Shown: positions 1 through 9,024 of the stretch, one piece after another
Position numbering within the stretch: the stretch's first letter is position 1
Layout of the letters: each line of letters starts with the position of its first letter
Origin: a virus
IMG/VR virus record: IMGVR_UViG_3300045988_165705
Reading direction: 5' to 3' (one strand)
DNA length: 64,000 nucleotides
The notes under the pieces: model-generated
Seen by the model: the letters and a program-made list of their open reading frames with translations, nothing else
Database searches by the model: none
What the model was told of the DNA's origin: nothing
Program-made: the position numbers and the translations under genes

Positions 1-719
1 AGAGACTCTGCCTCAAACGCATGAACAGTCTGGTTATCGCCCATCTCGAAGCTGAACTCGCCGTTGAAGTCAGCCTTGGGGATATAAAACTGGATACGGA
101 ACACATTGGCACACTTATCCTCAGCGAAAGCGTCAATGTACAGAGCACACTTGCCAGAGTAGTGGTCGCTCAGGTTCTCCAGAACATCGGCCTGAATCTG
201 ACGCATATAGAACACGACAATTTCAGTGCCATCGGCAATCTCACCCTCGTTAAAGGCAAGCGCCTTGCTGGTAGGATTGTAAGTGAACACACCCTCAGCG
301 ACTTCGGTGCCCTGAGTCAGCGTCTTGCCAAGAGTGCCGTCAGCATTCTTAACATAAACAGACTCAATCTCGTTGCCGGTCGTACCAACAGCCTTGTACT
401 GTGTGGCAGCTGCGTTGCTGGCGACAGTGAGATAATCCGTCCACTTCACAGTGGTCTTCTTATTTTCAAACTCGCTACCGACCTGCAGCTCAAGCAGGCC
501 ACCGGACACAAGACCGTTGGTGCCGCTGACGGTAACAGCCTTGTTCTTTTTCAGAGAGTTCAACTTGCGCCCCTGCTTACCGGTAATGTCGGTCTTCTCC
601 TGAGTCTGTGCAATGGTCGCATTCTGCAGCTCATCCAGAGTGAACTTGTAGGCGCCTGTCACGATATCAAAAGCATTGATGGTCTCAAGGCTGGTGATAG
701 TGATATCATTGATATTCAT
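1..719 (-). CDS. putative major tail/tail-tube protein (N-terminal part; 3' end lies beyond the left edge)
   Basis: ATG at 719-717 with AGGAGGAA 8 nt upstream. The frame stays open to nt 1, so it is absent from the ORF track; the + ORF 21..785 is its antisense shadow. Translation starts MNINDITITSLETINAFDIVTG. It is the next gene after the head-tail joining genes. Confidence 0.5.
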   Translation of the reverse strand, partial: MNINDITITSLETINAFDIVTGAYKFTLDELQNATIAQTQEKTDITGKQGRKLNSLKKNKAVTVSGTNGLVSGGLLELQVGSEFENKKTTVKWTDYLTVASNAAATQYKAVGTTGNEIESVYVKNADGTLGKTLTQGTEVAEGVFTYNPTSKALAFNEGEIADGTEIVVFYMRQIQADVLENLSDHYSGKCALYIDAFAEDKCANVFRIQFYIPKADFNGEFSFEMGDNQTVHAFEAES

Positions 720-732
720 ATAGACATTCCTC

Positions 733-1449
733 CTATTTATGGGTTAGCCAATTCCAATCGTCTTGGCTTAGGTCTTTTGCGCTGACTGTGCCAGCATAGA
801 TGCCGTGCATCTTGTTGTCATAGTCGATTTTCTTGATAATCTGTCGCACGCTTTCATTGAACTGATAGATTGAGAGTTCTCGTGTCCCCTCAAATCCATA
901 GTGATACTGTTCCGTATTGACGAGCGCAACAATCAGCTCTTCAAGTTGAGAAGCGTTTTCTCGGTTGCGCTGTCTGCGCATTTTTTTGCGTGCGCGTTCA
1001 ATCATGTATTCTTTGGCTTCACCGTTAGCTGGTTTACGATTGTCCTTCTCAAGATGGTGAATTTTCCTGAGCGCACCAGCAATCTGTGCGTGAATAGCCC
1101 GGTCGATAACTACCCCTGAGCCTTCATCGACCAACACAATGTTTCCGTTCTGCTCGTTTACGGCAGTCTGGAATCGCTTCAAATCAAGGTCTGCAAAAAC
1201 AAGAGAGGTATCTTGTTCTTTCAGGGTGCCGACCAAAAGAAGGAAAAGGTCATATTCATCAATGGTGGTAAAGTCGATTCCGATATCATCAAGCTGAACC
1301 ATCATATCAATCGGCATAGCCGTCAGCATCGCTACAATGCTGTAGTATCCGTCTTCACATTCCAGGATTTCTCCAACCGTTGGAATCTTGATGTGAATAG
1401 CATCATTGATGTCGTACTCACGCCGATAAAGCATATTTCTTGTACGCAT
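733..1449 (-). CDS. hypothetical phage structural-module protein
   Basis: 238-aa ORF. Its start abuts the upstream stop (TAAATG at 1447-1452), and its own stop overlaps the RBS of the next gene. No motif recognised. Confidence 0.65.
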   Translation of the reverse strand: MRTRNMLYRREYDINDAIHIKIPTVGEILECEDGYYSIVAMLTAMPIDMMVQLDDIGIDFTTIDEYDLFLLLVGTLKEQDTSLVFADLDLKRFQTAVNEQNGNIVLVDEGSGVVIDRAIHAQIAGALRKIHHLEKDNRKPANGEAKEYMIERARKKMRRQRNRENASQLEELIVALVNTEQYHYGFEGTRELSIYQFNESVRQIIKKIDYDNKMHGIYAGTVSAKDLSQDDWNWLTHK

Positions 1450-1959
1450 TTATCCGGTCTTCCTGTTGGATGGAACGGGCTTGCCTGTGGGCGATACCCG
1501 ATTGAAATCCTTTGCCTGGAATGTCATAACCTTTCCCTGATAATCCGTCACCGGAGCGAACCTTTTTACTGCGTATAAATCCATCTCGCCAAGCCCGTAG
1601 TATCTGCTTCCGTTTACCGCTTTGGCGATTTCAGAACACAGCCTGTCCACTCTGACGCCGCCCTTTGGCAGCTTCATCTTGCTTTTATGGGTAAAGACCC
1701 AAACATACAGGACAGGAATTAAAAAGGTTTTGTTCAGCGACTTTTGTACATCCACATCACAGCAGATAAAGGTCTGACCATGCTCAATGGTGTCCGGTAC
1801 ATATTCAAAGGGGAATACCTGTGAACATACAAACCTCTCCGGTTGGTCGCTGTCTTTGTAGTTGTCGTCCAGAAGACGAATGATTTCTGCGTTTGTCAGC
1901 AGGTCATCCATCAGCTGGTTCTTATAGTCGTAAAACTCTTCAAGTTGCATCAGAACCAC
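1450..1959 (-). CDS. hypothetical head-tail joining/tail-completion region protein
   Basis: 169-aa ORF with a 10-nt overlap with the upstream gene. Located between the capsid and tail-tube genes. Confidence 0.6.
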   Translation of the reverse strand: MVLMQLEEFYDYKNQLMDDLLTNAEIIRLLDDNYKDSDQPERFVCSQVFPFEYVPDTIEHGQTFICCDVDVQKSLNKTFLIPVLYVWVFTHKSKMKLPKGGVRVDRLCSEIAKAVNGSRYYGLGEMDLYAVKRFAPVTDYQGKVMTFQAKDFNRVSPTGKPVPSNRKTG

Positions 1960-2729
1960 ACCTTCTTTCCGCCGGTGGTGTCACCGCCCGGTGTTTCTCC
2001 GCCGTCTTTGCCGGGTTCATCAGGCGTACTGTCCTGCCCGTCTCTCGGGAAGTACTTGTAATAGTTGGCAATGTGCAGTTCAAAGTTATCGGTGTCCTCG
2101 GTATTGCATTCGGTCAGAACATAATTTAAGACACCGCTCCCATTGAAGCTCCCGCCGAGCTTAAACGGCTTTGTCAGACGATAGGCAAGAATGTCATGAG
2201 TGTCGTAGTCATCAATCAAGAACCGACTTTCGCGGTTCAACTGAATGGAGTACTCATCCTTCGCAATCGTCAAGGATACTCTGGAATCACCGCGAACGAC
2301 AATGTATTCGTTGTCTCCGTATTCACCGGTCAGATATTTTGTTCCATCGGTGATGATACACCATCGTTCAACAATCGTTCCATCCGCCGCTACCCAACGC
2401 AACAGATAATTGCACTGCTGCATAGTGCCTTTGGCGTACAGTCCGTTGTTAGCATCCTTTTCTGTGATAAGCCAATAGTTGTCCATCCAATGCACAAGGC
2501 CGCCGTGCGGCAAATCCTCTCCCGGCATTGTACACAGCGTTTTCATATTCAGATTGTCCGAATTGATAACTGCTAACTCTCGTGGCTGCCCATTGATAGT
2601 CAGCTTGTGGTAGGACAGACTCGAAGGAAGCTTTGCGTTCAAAAAGGCACACTCTCTACGCTTTACGGCATCCCTTTTGTTTGTGCCGTTCGCTGCCATT
2701 CTGGCCTGATAAGTACTCCAGGGATTCAT
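1950..2729 (-). CDS. hypothetical head-tail region protein
   Basis: Start moved to ATG 2729 (MNPWSTYQ...), which has GGAGGTG upstream and a TAATG overlap with the upstream stop. The ORF-track start at 2825 lies inside the previous gene. Confidence 0.6.
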   Translation of the reverse strand: MNPWSTYQARMAANGTNKRDAVKRRECAFLNAKLPSSLSYHKLTINGQPRELAVINSDNLNMKTLCTMPGEDLPHGGLVHWMDNYWLITEKDANNGLYAKGTMQQCNYLLRWVAADGTIVERWCIITDGTKYLTGEYGDNEYIVVRGDSRVSLTIAKDEYSIQLNRESRFLIDDYDTHDILAYRLTKPFKLGGSFNGSGVLNYVLTECNTEDTDNFELHIANYYKYFPRDGQDSTPDEPGKDGGETPGGDTTGGKKVWF

Positions 2730-3073
2730 TACGACACCTCCTGCTGTATGGCGTACCTCGCTTTCAGCTTGTTGCAAATCGAAATGGCGCGAAACACCTC
2801 TCGCTTTACAACGCTTACTTCGCATTCGGGCGTATCAATCAGGTATTGCAAAATTGCAATCAATGACAGAAGAAGCGGGTCGTCGTGAATTGCTTCGATA
2901 AGCTCCTTACACCCAAGCAGTTCCGCCTGGAGACTTCTCATATAAACTTCCAATGAACTTTCTCCGCTTTCCTTAATAGGAAGAATCTTAAAGAAAAGAT
3001 TTACGAGGGTGCGGAAATAGTTGTTCAGCATCGTGGCGTCCATCGGCACGCCTACCGTGGTCTGAATCATCAT
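2729..3073 (-). CDS. hypothetical head-tail region protein
   Basis: 114-aa ORF with a 4-nt ATGA overlap with the upstream gene (3070..3519). Confidence 0.6.
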   Translation of the reverse strand: MMIQTTVGVPMDATMLNNYFRTLVNLFFKILPIKESGESSLEVYMRSLQAELLGCKELIEAIHDDPLLLSLIAILQYLIDTPECEVSVVKREVFRAISICNKLKARYAIQQEVS

Positions 3074-3519
3074 ATATGCAAGTCCGTCAAATCCCCGTGG
3101 TTGTACGAATACTCCCTCATCATATTCGTAAAATCCTTTTGAGCTGCTTTGTATGCGTTTCCAATCCGCATCAGCAGTTCGGCGGGGGAATAGGTGGTAA
3201 AGTCTCTTGTGTTCAAAACGCTTTCAAGACTTTCCTGCCTGTATGTAAAAGGTTTCATCCACTGTACCAGCATACCTTCGGAAATAATATCCGCCAGCTC
3301 ATCCAAATCCCCATCGGCAATGTCGATATCAAACTCACGGATGACATCATCGCCGGTAGTCGAAAGGTCGTACTTGCAGATTTTTCTGAAAGCTGCGATG
3401 GCTCGCTTCATGTAACCGTCAATCAATGAGTTGCGCTCAAATACACGCATATTGACGAAATCGAATTCTGATACTTTAGAGAGGAACGCACCCGTGAACA
3501 CATCATAAGAAACACTCAT
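3070..3519 (-). CDS. putative head-tail connector/adaptor protein
   Basis: 149-aa ORF, second gene after the capsid gene. Size and position are typical of head-completion proteins. No diagnostic motif seen. Confidence 0.45.
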   Translation of the reverse strand: MSVSYDVFTGAFLSKVSEFDFVNMRVFERNSLIDGYMKRAIAAFRKICKYDLSTTGDDVIREFDIDIADGDLDELADIISEGMLVQWMKPFTYRQESLESVLNTRDFTTYSPAELLMRIGNAYKAAQKDFTNMMREYSYNHGDLTDLHI

Positions 3520-3535
3520 CCGCCGTCACGCTCCT

Positions 3536-4099
3536 TTATCGTTCCACCAGCTCAACACCAAGACATTTCTCCAATGTGTTAATCACCCGGTTTGAATCGA
3601 TTTCCTCCTCTGCGATAAGCTGCTTGGCACGATACGCCACAGACTTCCGCTGCCCCTCCGAGAGCTTGGAAATAATATCCTCAATCTCGCCAACGGGCTT
3701 CTTGAACAACTGGTCGAAATCCTGAATGTTCAAGGAGTTTTTGTAATACTGTCTCATGCCGAGATAGTCGATAACCCAGTCTTCATCAAACATGAACCAG
3801 TTGTTGATGAAATATTTCTTGTTGGAGTTCCTTGCGTTTTTCAGTTCGCTCAACTCCATATCCTGCTCTGCTCCAAAAGACTCCCAGCTCCAGCGCTCGC
3901 CGGTGCGCTTGCTCTTATAGACAAGTCGCCCCTGGAAGCCATTGCGAACAGTGATAATCTGATTGGGGTCAATCTCCTTCGGCACCACAGGCTTTTTTGT
4001 GGTTTCAGAGACTTCCGCAGCAGGCCGCTCTGCGGCGGTGCTTGTGCCCTCTGCCGGACTGCGGCGTGTTCTGGGCTTGCTTACTGTTTCGTTAGACAT
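3536..4099 (-). CDS. hypothetical protein with a basic, Ala/Pro/Thr-rich N-terminus
   Basis: 187-aa ORF directly downstream of the capsid gene and its hairpin. Function unknown. Confidence 0.6.
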   Translation of the reverse strand: MSNETVSKPRTRRSPAEGTSTAAERPAAEVSETTKKPVVPKEIDPNQIITVRNGFQGRLVYKSKRTGERWSWESFGAEQDMELSELKNARNSNKKYFINNWFMFDEDWVIDYLGMRQYYKNSLNIQDFDQLFKKPVGEIEDIISKLSEGQRKSVAYRAKQLIAEEEIDSNRVINTLEKCLGVELVER

Positions 4100-4122
4100 A
4101 ATATCTCCCTTTCATACATAAT

Positions 4123-4145
4123 GCGGGGCTCACAAGGAGCCCCGC
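4123..4145 (-). terminator. GC-rich hairpin just downstream of the capsid gene
   Basis: gcggggctc-acaa-g-gagccccgc, about 20 nt past the capsid stop. The T-run is only on the + side, so this may be an attenuator or RNA-stability hairpin rather than a full terminator. Confidence 0.4.
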
Positions 4146-4165
4146 TTTTGTCTGCTGTTTGTCCG

Positions 4166-5179
4166 TTAGGCGATTTCGTAACGACCAATACCGGCGTTGC
4201 CGCCAGCAAGGACGATACCCATGCCGTACTTCTCGCCATACAGGTACTCCTGAGTCAGGTCACCGTTGGCGGTAGGCTCACCCATGATAACAATGGGGTC
4301 GCCTTCGTACACGCACTTGATGGGCTTGTCGTCACCGGCGATAATGGTCAGCATATCGTCTGCCAGCACGAAGTCGGTAGAGCCGACCTTATGACGCTGG
4401 GGTGCCACCACGACAGGAGTGCCGTAGAACTTACCGGCATAGCCCATGTTGTACAGGTCTTCCTTAGCCTTGTCACCCATAGGAGTGACATCCAGGTTGC
4501 GGATGGCCTTCTTGGTGCCGATAATGGTAGCAGCCTTGCCGCCGGCAGCAGCCTCGACATGAGCAATCAGGTCGAGCAGCTCGTCCTCATCGTAAGCACC
4601 GGCAGCGGGGAAATAGGTCACGCCGCCAAAGTCCTGCGCAGATGCATTGCTCCACAGAGCATACACATCGTTGAGCAGCTTCTGACGGAAGGACTCAGCC
4701 ACCTTGTTGATAAAGTGGTTAAAGTCAACACGACCGGAAAGCACACGGTTGAGTTCTTCGTAAATCTTCACAACCTTCAGTGAAGTGGGAATAGACACTT
4801 CGCTGAAGCCGCCAAGACGCTGACGACGGATGCCCTGAGTGCCGTCCGCTGCCTCGGATACGATGAACAGGGTGCTGTCCTCCACCTCAAAGAGGTTCTT
4901 ATCGCCCTCGGCAACATTGCGGAAGTCAACCAGTGCGTTAAAATACTCATCGCCCTGCAGACCTTCCACGACGGTGCGACTGAGGACTTCCTCAATCAGG
5001 GTGAACAGACCGCTGCACTTGCCGTCACGGATGTTCTTGTAATTCAAAGTTGTGCTGCCGCCATTGGCCTCAATCAGAGCCTTCTGCAAAAGCTCCATAG
5101 ACTGACCAACGGAATACTGCTCAACATTGCCGTGATAAGCATCGACGGCAATCTTGATGATATCTTTCATTTCAGCCAT
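4166..5179 (-). CDS. major capsid protein (HK97-fold type inferred)
   Basis: 337-aa ORF with GGAGGAG 7 nt before the ATG. Position is after the protease/scaffold gene and a small head gene. Size and Gly/Ala-rich composition fit. A strong hairpin follows. Confidence 0.75.
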   Translation of the reverse strand: MAEMKDIIKIAVDAYHGNVEQYSVGQSMELLQKALIEANGGSTTLNYKNIRDGKCSGLFTLIEEVLSRTVVEGLQGDEYFNALVDFRNVAEGDKNLFEVEDSTLFIVSEAADGTQGIRRQRLGGFSEVSIPTSLKVVKIYEELNRVLSGRVDFNHFINKVAESFRQKLLNDVYALWSNASAQDFGGVTYFPAAGAYDEDELLDLIAHVEAAAGGKAATIIGTKKAIRNLDVTPMGDKAKEDLYNMGYAGKFYGTPVVVAPQRHKVGSTDFVLADDMLTIIAGDDKPIKCVYEGDPIVIMGEPTANGDLTQEYLYGEKYGMGIVLAGGNAGIGRYEIA

Positions 5180-5200
5180 AGTTATTCTCCTCCCTTCAAA

Positions 5201-5707
5201 TTAACCACCAACGGTCTCGGTCTTACCAAGCTTGATGACATAGTAGGTGTAACGACCGGCGACCTCGATATCTGCGCAGACACCAAGCCCGGTAGCAGCA
5301 GCATCAATCTTGCCACCAGTACCAATGCCGACCTTGGCGCCCTTGGTGGGAACAGTACCGCCCACAAAACCCTCTTTGGTCACGGAGAAAATGTTGCGGC
5401 TGCGGGGGATATAACCACGCACTGCTTTACCGGCCTCGTTGATATACTCATCGAGGTTCTTCTTGCGCTCATCGTACATAACCTCAACGCCAGCAACGAT
5501 AGCGCACTCATTCAGGTCATCGCTTGCGGTAGCAGCGATAGCCTTCATCACCTCGCGCTCACCGTCTTCATAGCCCCGAAGCTTGACGATGACGCCGTTT
5601 TCAACCTCGGCGGGCTGACCGTCCGCACCATAAAAGCGCAGAGAAACAAGGTCAGCAGGCTGTTTGGTACCGCTCATCAAATCGGTACGGATAACTGTAT
5701 AAGCCAT
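5201..5707 (-). CDS. hypothetical head protein (decoration/scaffold-associated?)
   Basis: 168-aa ORF between the protease/scaffold and capsid genes. Confidence 0.55.
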   Translation of the reverse strand: MAYTVIRTDLMSGTKQPADLVSLRFYGADGQPAEVENGVIVKLRGYEDGEREVMKAIAATASDDLNECAIVAGVEVMYDERKKNLDEYINEAGKAVRGYIPRSRNIFSVTKEGFVGGTVPTKGAKVGIGTGGKIDAAATGLGVCADIEVAGRYTYYVIKLGKTETVGG

Positions 5708-5731
5708 AATCGACTCCTCCTTGTTATTTAT

Positions 5732-7288
5732 TTAATTGTGCTGATTGGGCTTGGAAAAGCCATACTCAGCAAACGCACCGCCATAAGGCTCCTGCGTCGG
5801 TTCTGTTCGCTGGATGGGCAGTTTGGGGGCTTTGGGTTCATAAGAGAACTTTGCGGTCACGCCGCTTCTGCCACGGATTGCGTAGCATTTTTCCTCCAAA
5901 ACATCTGCCGTGTAGTCCATGCAGTGCTCACGCAGATTTTCAAATGCCTCGACGCCGACCAAGTCTTCAAACTGAGCGAAGACTTCATCCCGCTCGCCCT
6001 TGGCAATGGCGTTCTCGGTGTCTGTCTTAAACTGGCGCAAAGTGCCAAGCTCGTTCTCCATAGACGAAATCGTGTCGGAGGCGGTCTGGTACTTCTCCGC
6101 CCACTGAGCATCATTTGCGGTGTACTTCTCAGTAACCTTTGCAAACATACCGCTGATGGGGTCAGCCTGCCCGCCCTCGTCAAACGGGACAAGTGCAAGC
6201 TTCATGCGTTTCTTACCGGCAAAATCAATGACCACATGGTCGCCATCCATTGAGTAAGGAAAACCGTAAAGATTCCAGTCCGTGACATCGGTTGCGTACA
6301 CTTCAGACGCATCCCGGTCATAGTCCCAGAACCAATAATGAGAATCCATGCCCCAGCAGGTCTCAACCTTTTCTGCCTCCAGAGCGCCAAACAGCTCCTG
6401 ACGGAACTGGCTCTCCAGGGCGAAGTTTTCAGCACCTTTCTCGGGTTCTGCTGCGGGAGCAGCGGTGGCGGGTTTCAACTCTTCAAACTTAGCCCGAAGC
6501 TCTTCCACAGAAAACTCCTCAATGTTGAAGTCAAGCATATCGGCAGTCAGGCCGAATTCTGCCATCAGTGCAACTTTCTGTTCCAATACCTCTTCTCCTC
6601 CTTCCGAATAATTTTGTGGGTGTATGCCAACCTCTTGCGAGGGTTGTGCTGTAGTAAACGAATCCTTGAATTCTCGCATCATCATTGCAAGCTGCTGTTT
6701 GAAATCATCACATGAGAACATCTCCAGCGATGCTGATTCATAGCACGGCTTTGCCGTACCCAAGAGGCAGAAGGCAGTAAACTCAAATCGGTCGATAACA
6801 TATACGCCATCGACCATTCCGCCCTCTTTCACGGTAATCTCCATGGACTCATCCGTGATGCCGTCGTCTTTGATTTTGCGGTATGCTTCCTGCCGTTTCC
6901 AGATAAGCGCATCCACGCAGAGGTATTCGTGCAGGCCGGAGTCATCTTCAATTTCCTCCCACCAATACTTTGCGCTTTCAGGAATCACACCTACCGGCTG
7001 CGTGATATTCACAATCCGCATTCCATTATCGTCAGAGACAAGCTCCATATCATGTGACCCGATGGTATCTGATTCCCTGTCGTAGTTGCACACAATAGGA
7101 CAGTTATAGATACTCGGCATACATCGTTCAAAGGTTTCCTTGCTGATGAAGCTGTTATTGCGGTTTTTCCCGGTGTACGCTACACGGAGAACGCCGCTGT
7201 CAAAAGACGAATTGCGTTCAACAAGATTGCGTATCCCGGAAGAGAACACGATACTCATGTTTCTCTCGCCCATATCACAGTTCACCAC
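5732..7288 (-). CDS. putative prohead protease-scaffold fusion protein
   Basis: 518-aa ORF after the portal gene. The N-terminal 'CNYDRESDTIGSHDM' resembles the NHD...G region of HK97-type prohead proteases. The C-terminal half is acidic and helical, like a scaffold. The start is uncertain (GTG 7288, ATG 7273 or ATG 7258). Confidence 0.5.
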   Translation of the reverse strand: MVNCDMGERNMSIVFSSGIRNLVERNSSFDSGVLRVAYTGKNRNNSFISKETFERCMPSIYNCPIVCNYDRESDTIGSHDMELVSDDNGMRIVNITQPVGVIPESAKYWWEEIEDDSGLHEYLCVDALIWKRQEAYRKIKDDGITDESMEITVKEGGMVDGVYVIDRFEFTAFCLLGTAKPCYESASLEMFSCDDFKQQLAMMMREFKDSFTTAQPSQEVGIHPQNYSEGGEEVLEQKVALMAEFGLTADMLDFNIEEFSVEELRAKFEELKPATAAPAAEPEKGAENFALESQFRQELFGALEAEKVETCWGMDSHYWFWDYDRDASEVYATDVTDWNLYGFPYSMDGDHVVIDFAGKKRMKLALVPFDEGGQADPISGMFAKVTEKYTANDAQWAEKYQTASDTISSMENELGTLRQFKTDTENAIAKGERDEVFAQFEDLVGVEAFENLREHCMDYTADVLEEKCYAIRGRSGVTAKFSYEPKAPKLPIQRTEPTQEPYGGAFAEYGFSKPNQHN

Positions 7289-7327
7289 CTTTGGCTAAAA
7301 TAAATCCACGCTTTATGCAAGCGTGGG

Positions 7328-7510
7328 TCAGAATGTCAGTGTGTCTGACAGTACATATCGAATATCCTCGTCTTCAAAATTCAGATTGCCTGTATTCAAA
7401 AACACAAAGATATGTTTCTCGTTATTTTGCCCCATCATTTCACATCCTCTGGACAGCAACTGGTCACGAGTTTTTTCGTCAAACACATAAATGAAATTCT
7501 CCATATACAT
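7328..7510 (-). CDS. small hypothetical protein
   Basis: 60-aa ORF packed between the portal and protease genes. Confidence 0.45.
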   Translation of the reverse strand: MYMENFIYVFDEKTRDQLLSRGCEMMGQNNEKHIFVFLNTGNLNFEDEDIRYVLSDTLTF

Positions 7511-7518
7511 ACCTCCGA

Positions 7519-9006
7519 TTATCCCCAGTCGTCAGAGTCTTCTCTGGACTGTTCCCCGGAGTCGGTCAGGCCTCCTGCATCCTTCTGCGGAGCGCCTCCC
7601 TCATCGGTTGCCGCAGTGCTTGCAGAAGAACTCTGCGTAGAAGAACTCTGCAGCGGCTTAAACCGTTCGGCAAGACCGAGCACATCATTTTCAAGAAAAC
7701 TCATGCAATCAACTTCGCTCTGAGACAACCCCTGCGATGCTGCATACATAGAAATAAAGGGAAGTCCATACTGGCACGCTTTGAGATACATATCTCCCAG
7801 TTCTTTCCTGTTAAAAGGACTGCAATCAAGGAATGTGATTTTGAAATTCTTTCCGTACCCCTGATACTGAATGAAGCGGTTGACCATATCCTCAATGCTT
7901 TTTACAATGCCAAAGGTAACCGCTTGGTCTGCCTTGATAGAAAGCAGCAACGCATTTGCGGATGCTTTATCATTGTTGAACAGGAGCGAAGATACACCCG
8001 CCGCTGTAAAGAGATTCTGTTCAGCGTCAGAGATGGTATTCGTGTCACCGGTATTGGACTTCTCAAAGCTTATCTTGTTGATAGGCATAGGGGAGAGAAC
8101 ACTGCCGATTTCCTCCGGCAGTACGGAATCCAGATTGCGCCAAAACTCTTTGGCCTTGTCCAAATCCATCTGCCATTCGCCATCCTCGTTGATACCAAGT
8201 GTCATAACAAGCATTGCATAGTTCTCAAGAGTAGTCTTGGTGAGCTTTAGCTGCTTATAATCTTCGAGGTCGTACACCTCCCGCAGAATGCCTGCGAACG
8301 GAGGAATAGCGTAGTCCAGAATATCATTGTTGCACTTGATAGCGAATGAGGTCGGGGAGTCCAGCTCCTGCCACTTCCGCTGTCTGTTCTTCTGATAGAC
8401 CTTGTACTTGGTCTGGAACTCTGTCGGATAAAACTCCAGATACTGCGAGTGACCATCAAAATAGGAAAAATCGAATGTCACATTCAGTACATTCCCCTCA
8501 ATAGTCGAGATGGCGCAGTAATCAGCCGGAAGCTGCTGGATGGTAATGCTGTCGCTTGTGACCCACAGCGTTCCGTAGAAAGTGTCCTCGCGCAGACACA
8601 CCGTCAATATCTTAGGAAACTGTGACCGCACATTCATTGCAGACATGGTATTCAAAACCTTTCTGTAGTTGCGGTTGACTGATTTCATATTGACGGTCTT
8701 AGGGTCAATGTGGTAAGGAGAGACAACATATGCAAAGTCGGAAAGGCCAGTGAAATACTGGATGAGCCTGCGGAAATGGGAACTCGCCCCATAGATATAA
8801 GTAACTGCCTTGCGAAGCTGCTTCTCATACCGGTACGGGTCGGTCAGATATGTAGAAATGTCGTCTTTCTTATATAGAGAAAATGTAGGCGCATTGGTAT
8901 TATTGTTCAAATCCCTTGTAATCAGATGATTAAGCAGGGCGAACTTTCTGGAGATACCAATCATGCCCTCCATATTGGTAGACTTGCCGTTTTCAGAATT
9001 GCTCAC
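7519..9006 (-). CDS. portal protein
   Basis: 495-aa ORF immediately downstream of TerL with an acidic C-terminal tail. The call rests on canonical position and size. Confidence 0.7.
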   Translation of the reverse strand: MSNSENGKSTNMEGMIGISRKFALLNHLITRDLNNNTNAPTFSLYKKDDISTYLTDPYRYEKQLRKAVTYIYGASSHFRRLIQYFTGLSDFAYVVSPYHIDPKTVNMKSVNRNYRKVLNTMSAMNVRSQFPKILTVCLREDTFYGTLWVTSDSITIQQLPADYCAISTIEGNVLNVTFDFSYFDGHSQYLEFYPTEFQTKYKVYQKNRQRKWQELDSPTSFAIKCNNDILDYAIPPFAGILREVYDLEDYKQLKLTKTTLENYAMLVMTLGINEDGEWQMDLDKAKEFWRNLDSVLPEEIGSVLSPMPINKISFEKSNTGDTNTISDAEQNLFTAAGVSSLLFNNDKASANALLLSIKADQAVTFGIVKSIEDMVNRFIQYQGYGKNFKITFLDCSPFNRKELGDMYLKACQYGLPFISMYAASQGLSQSEVDCMSFLENDVLGLAERFKPLQSSSTQSSSASTAATDEGGAPQKDAGGLTDSGEQSREDSDDWG

Positions 9007-9024
9007 TCAGGTATCACCACCTTT

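Noticed and set aside
21-785. Long ORFs antisense to well-supported genes. Examples: 21..785 +, 4121..4783 +, 5132..6253 +, 10740..11735 +, 12248..13069 +, 17157..17972 +, 20465..21277 +, 23995..24834 -, 26936..27640 -, 29279..30160 -, 34001..35629 -, 35304..36326 -, 38295..39215 -, 60099..60881 -.
   Set aside because: Each lies opposite a gene with recognisable motifs, an RBS and operon-style coupling. They lack SD sequences, their products are low-complexity (Leu/Arg/Val-rich), and they break the strand organisation. They are typical shadow ORFs.
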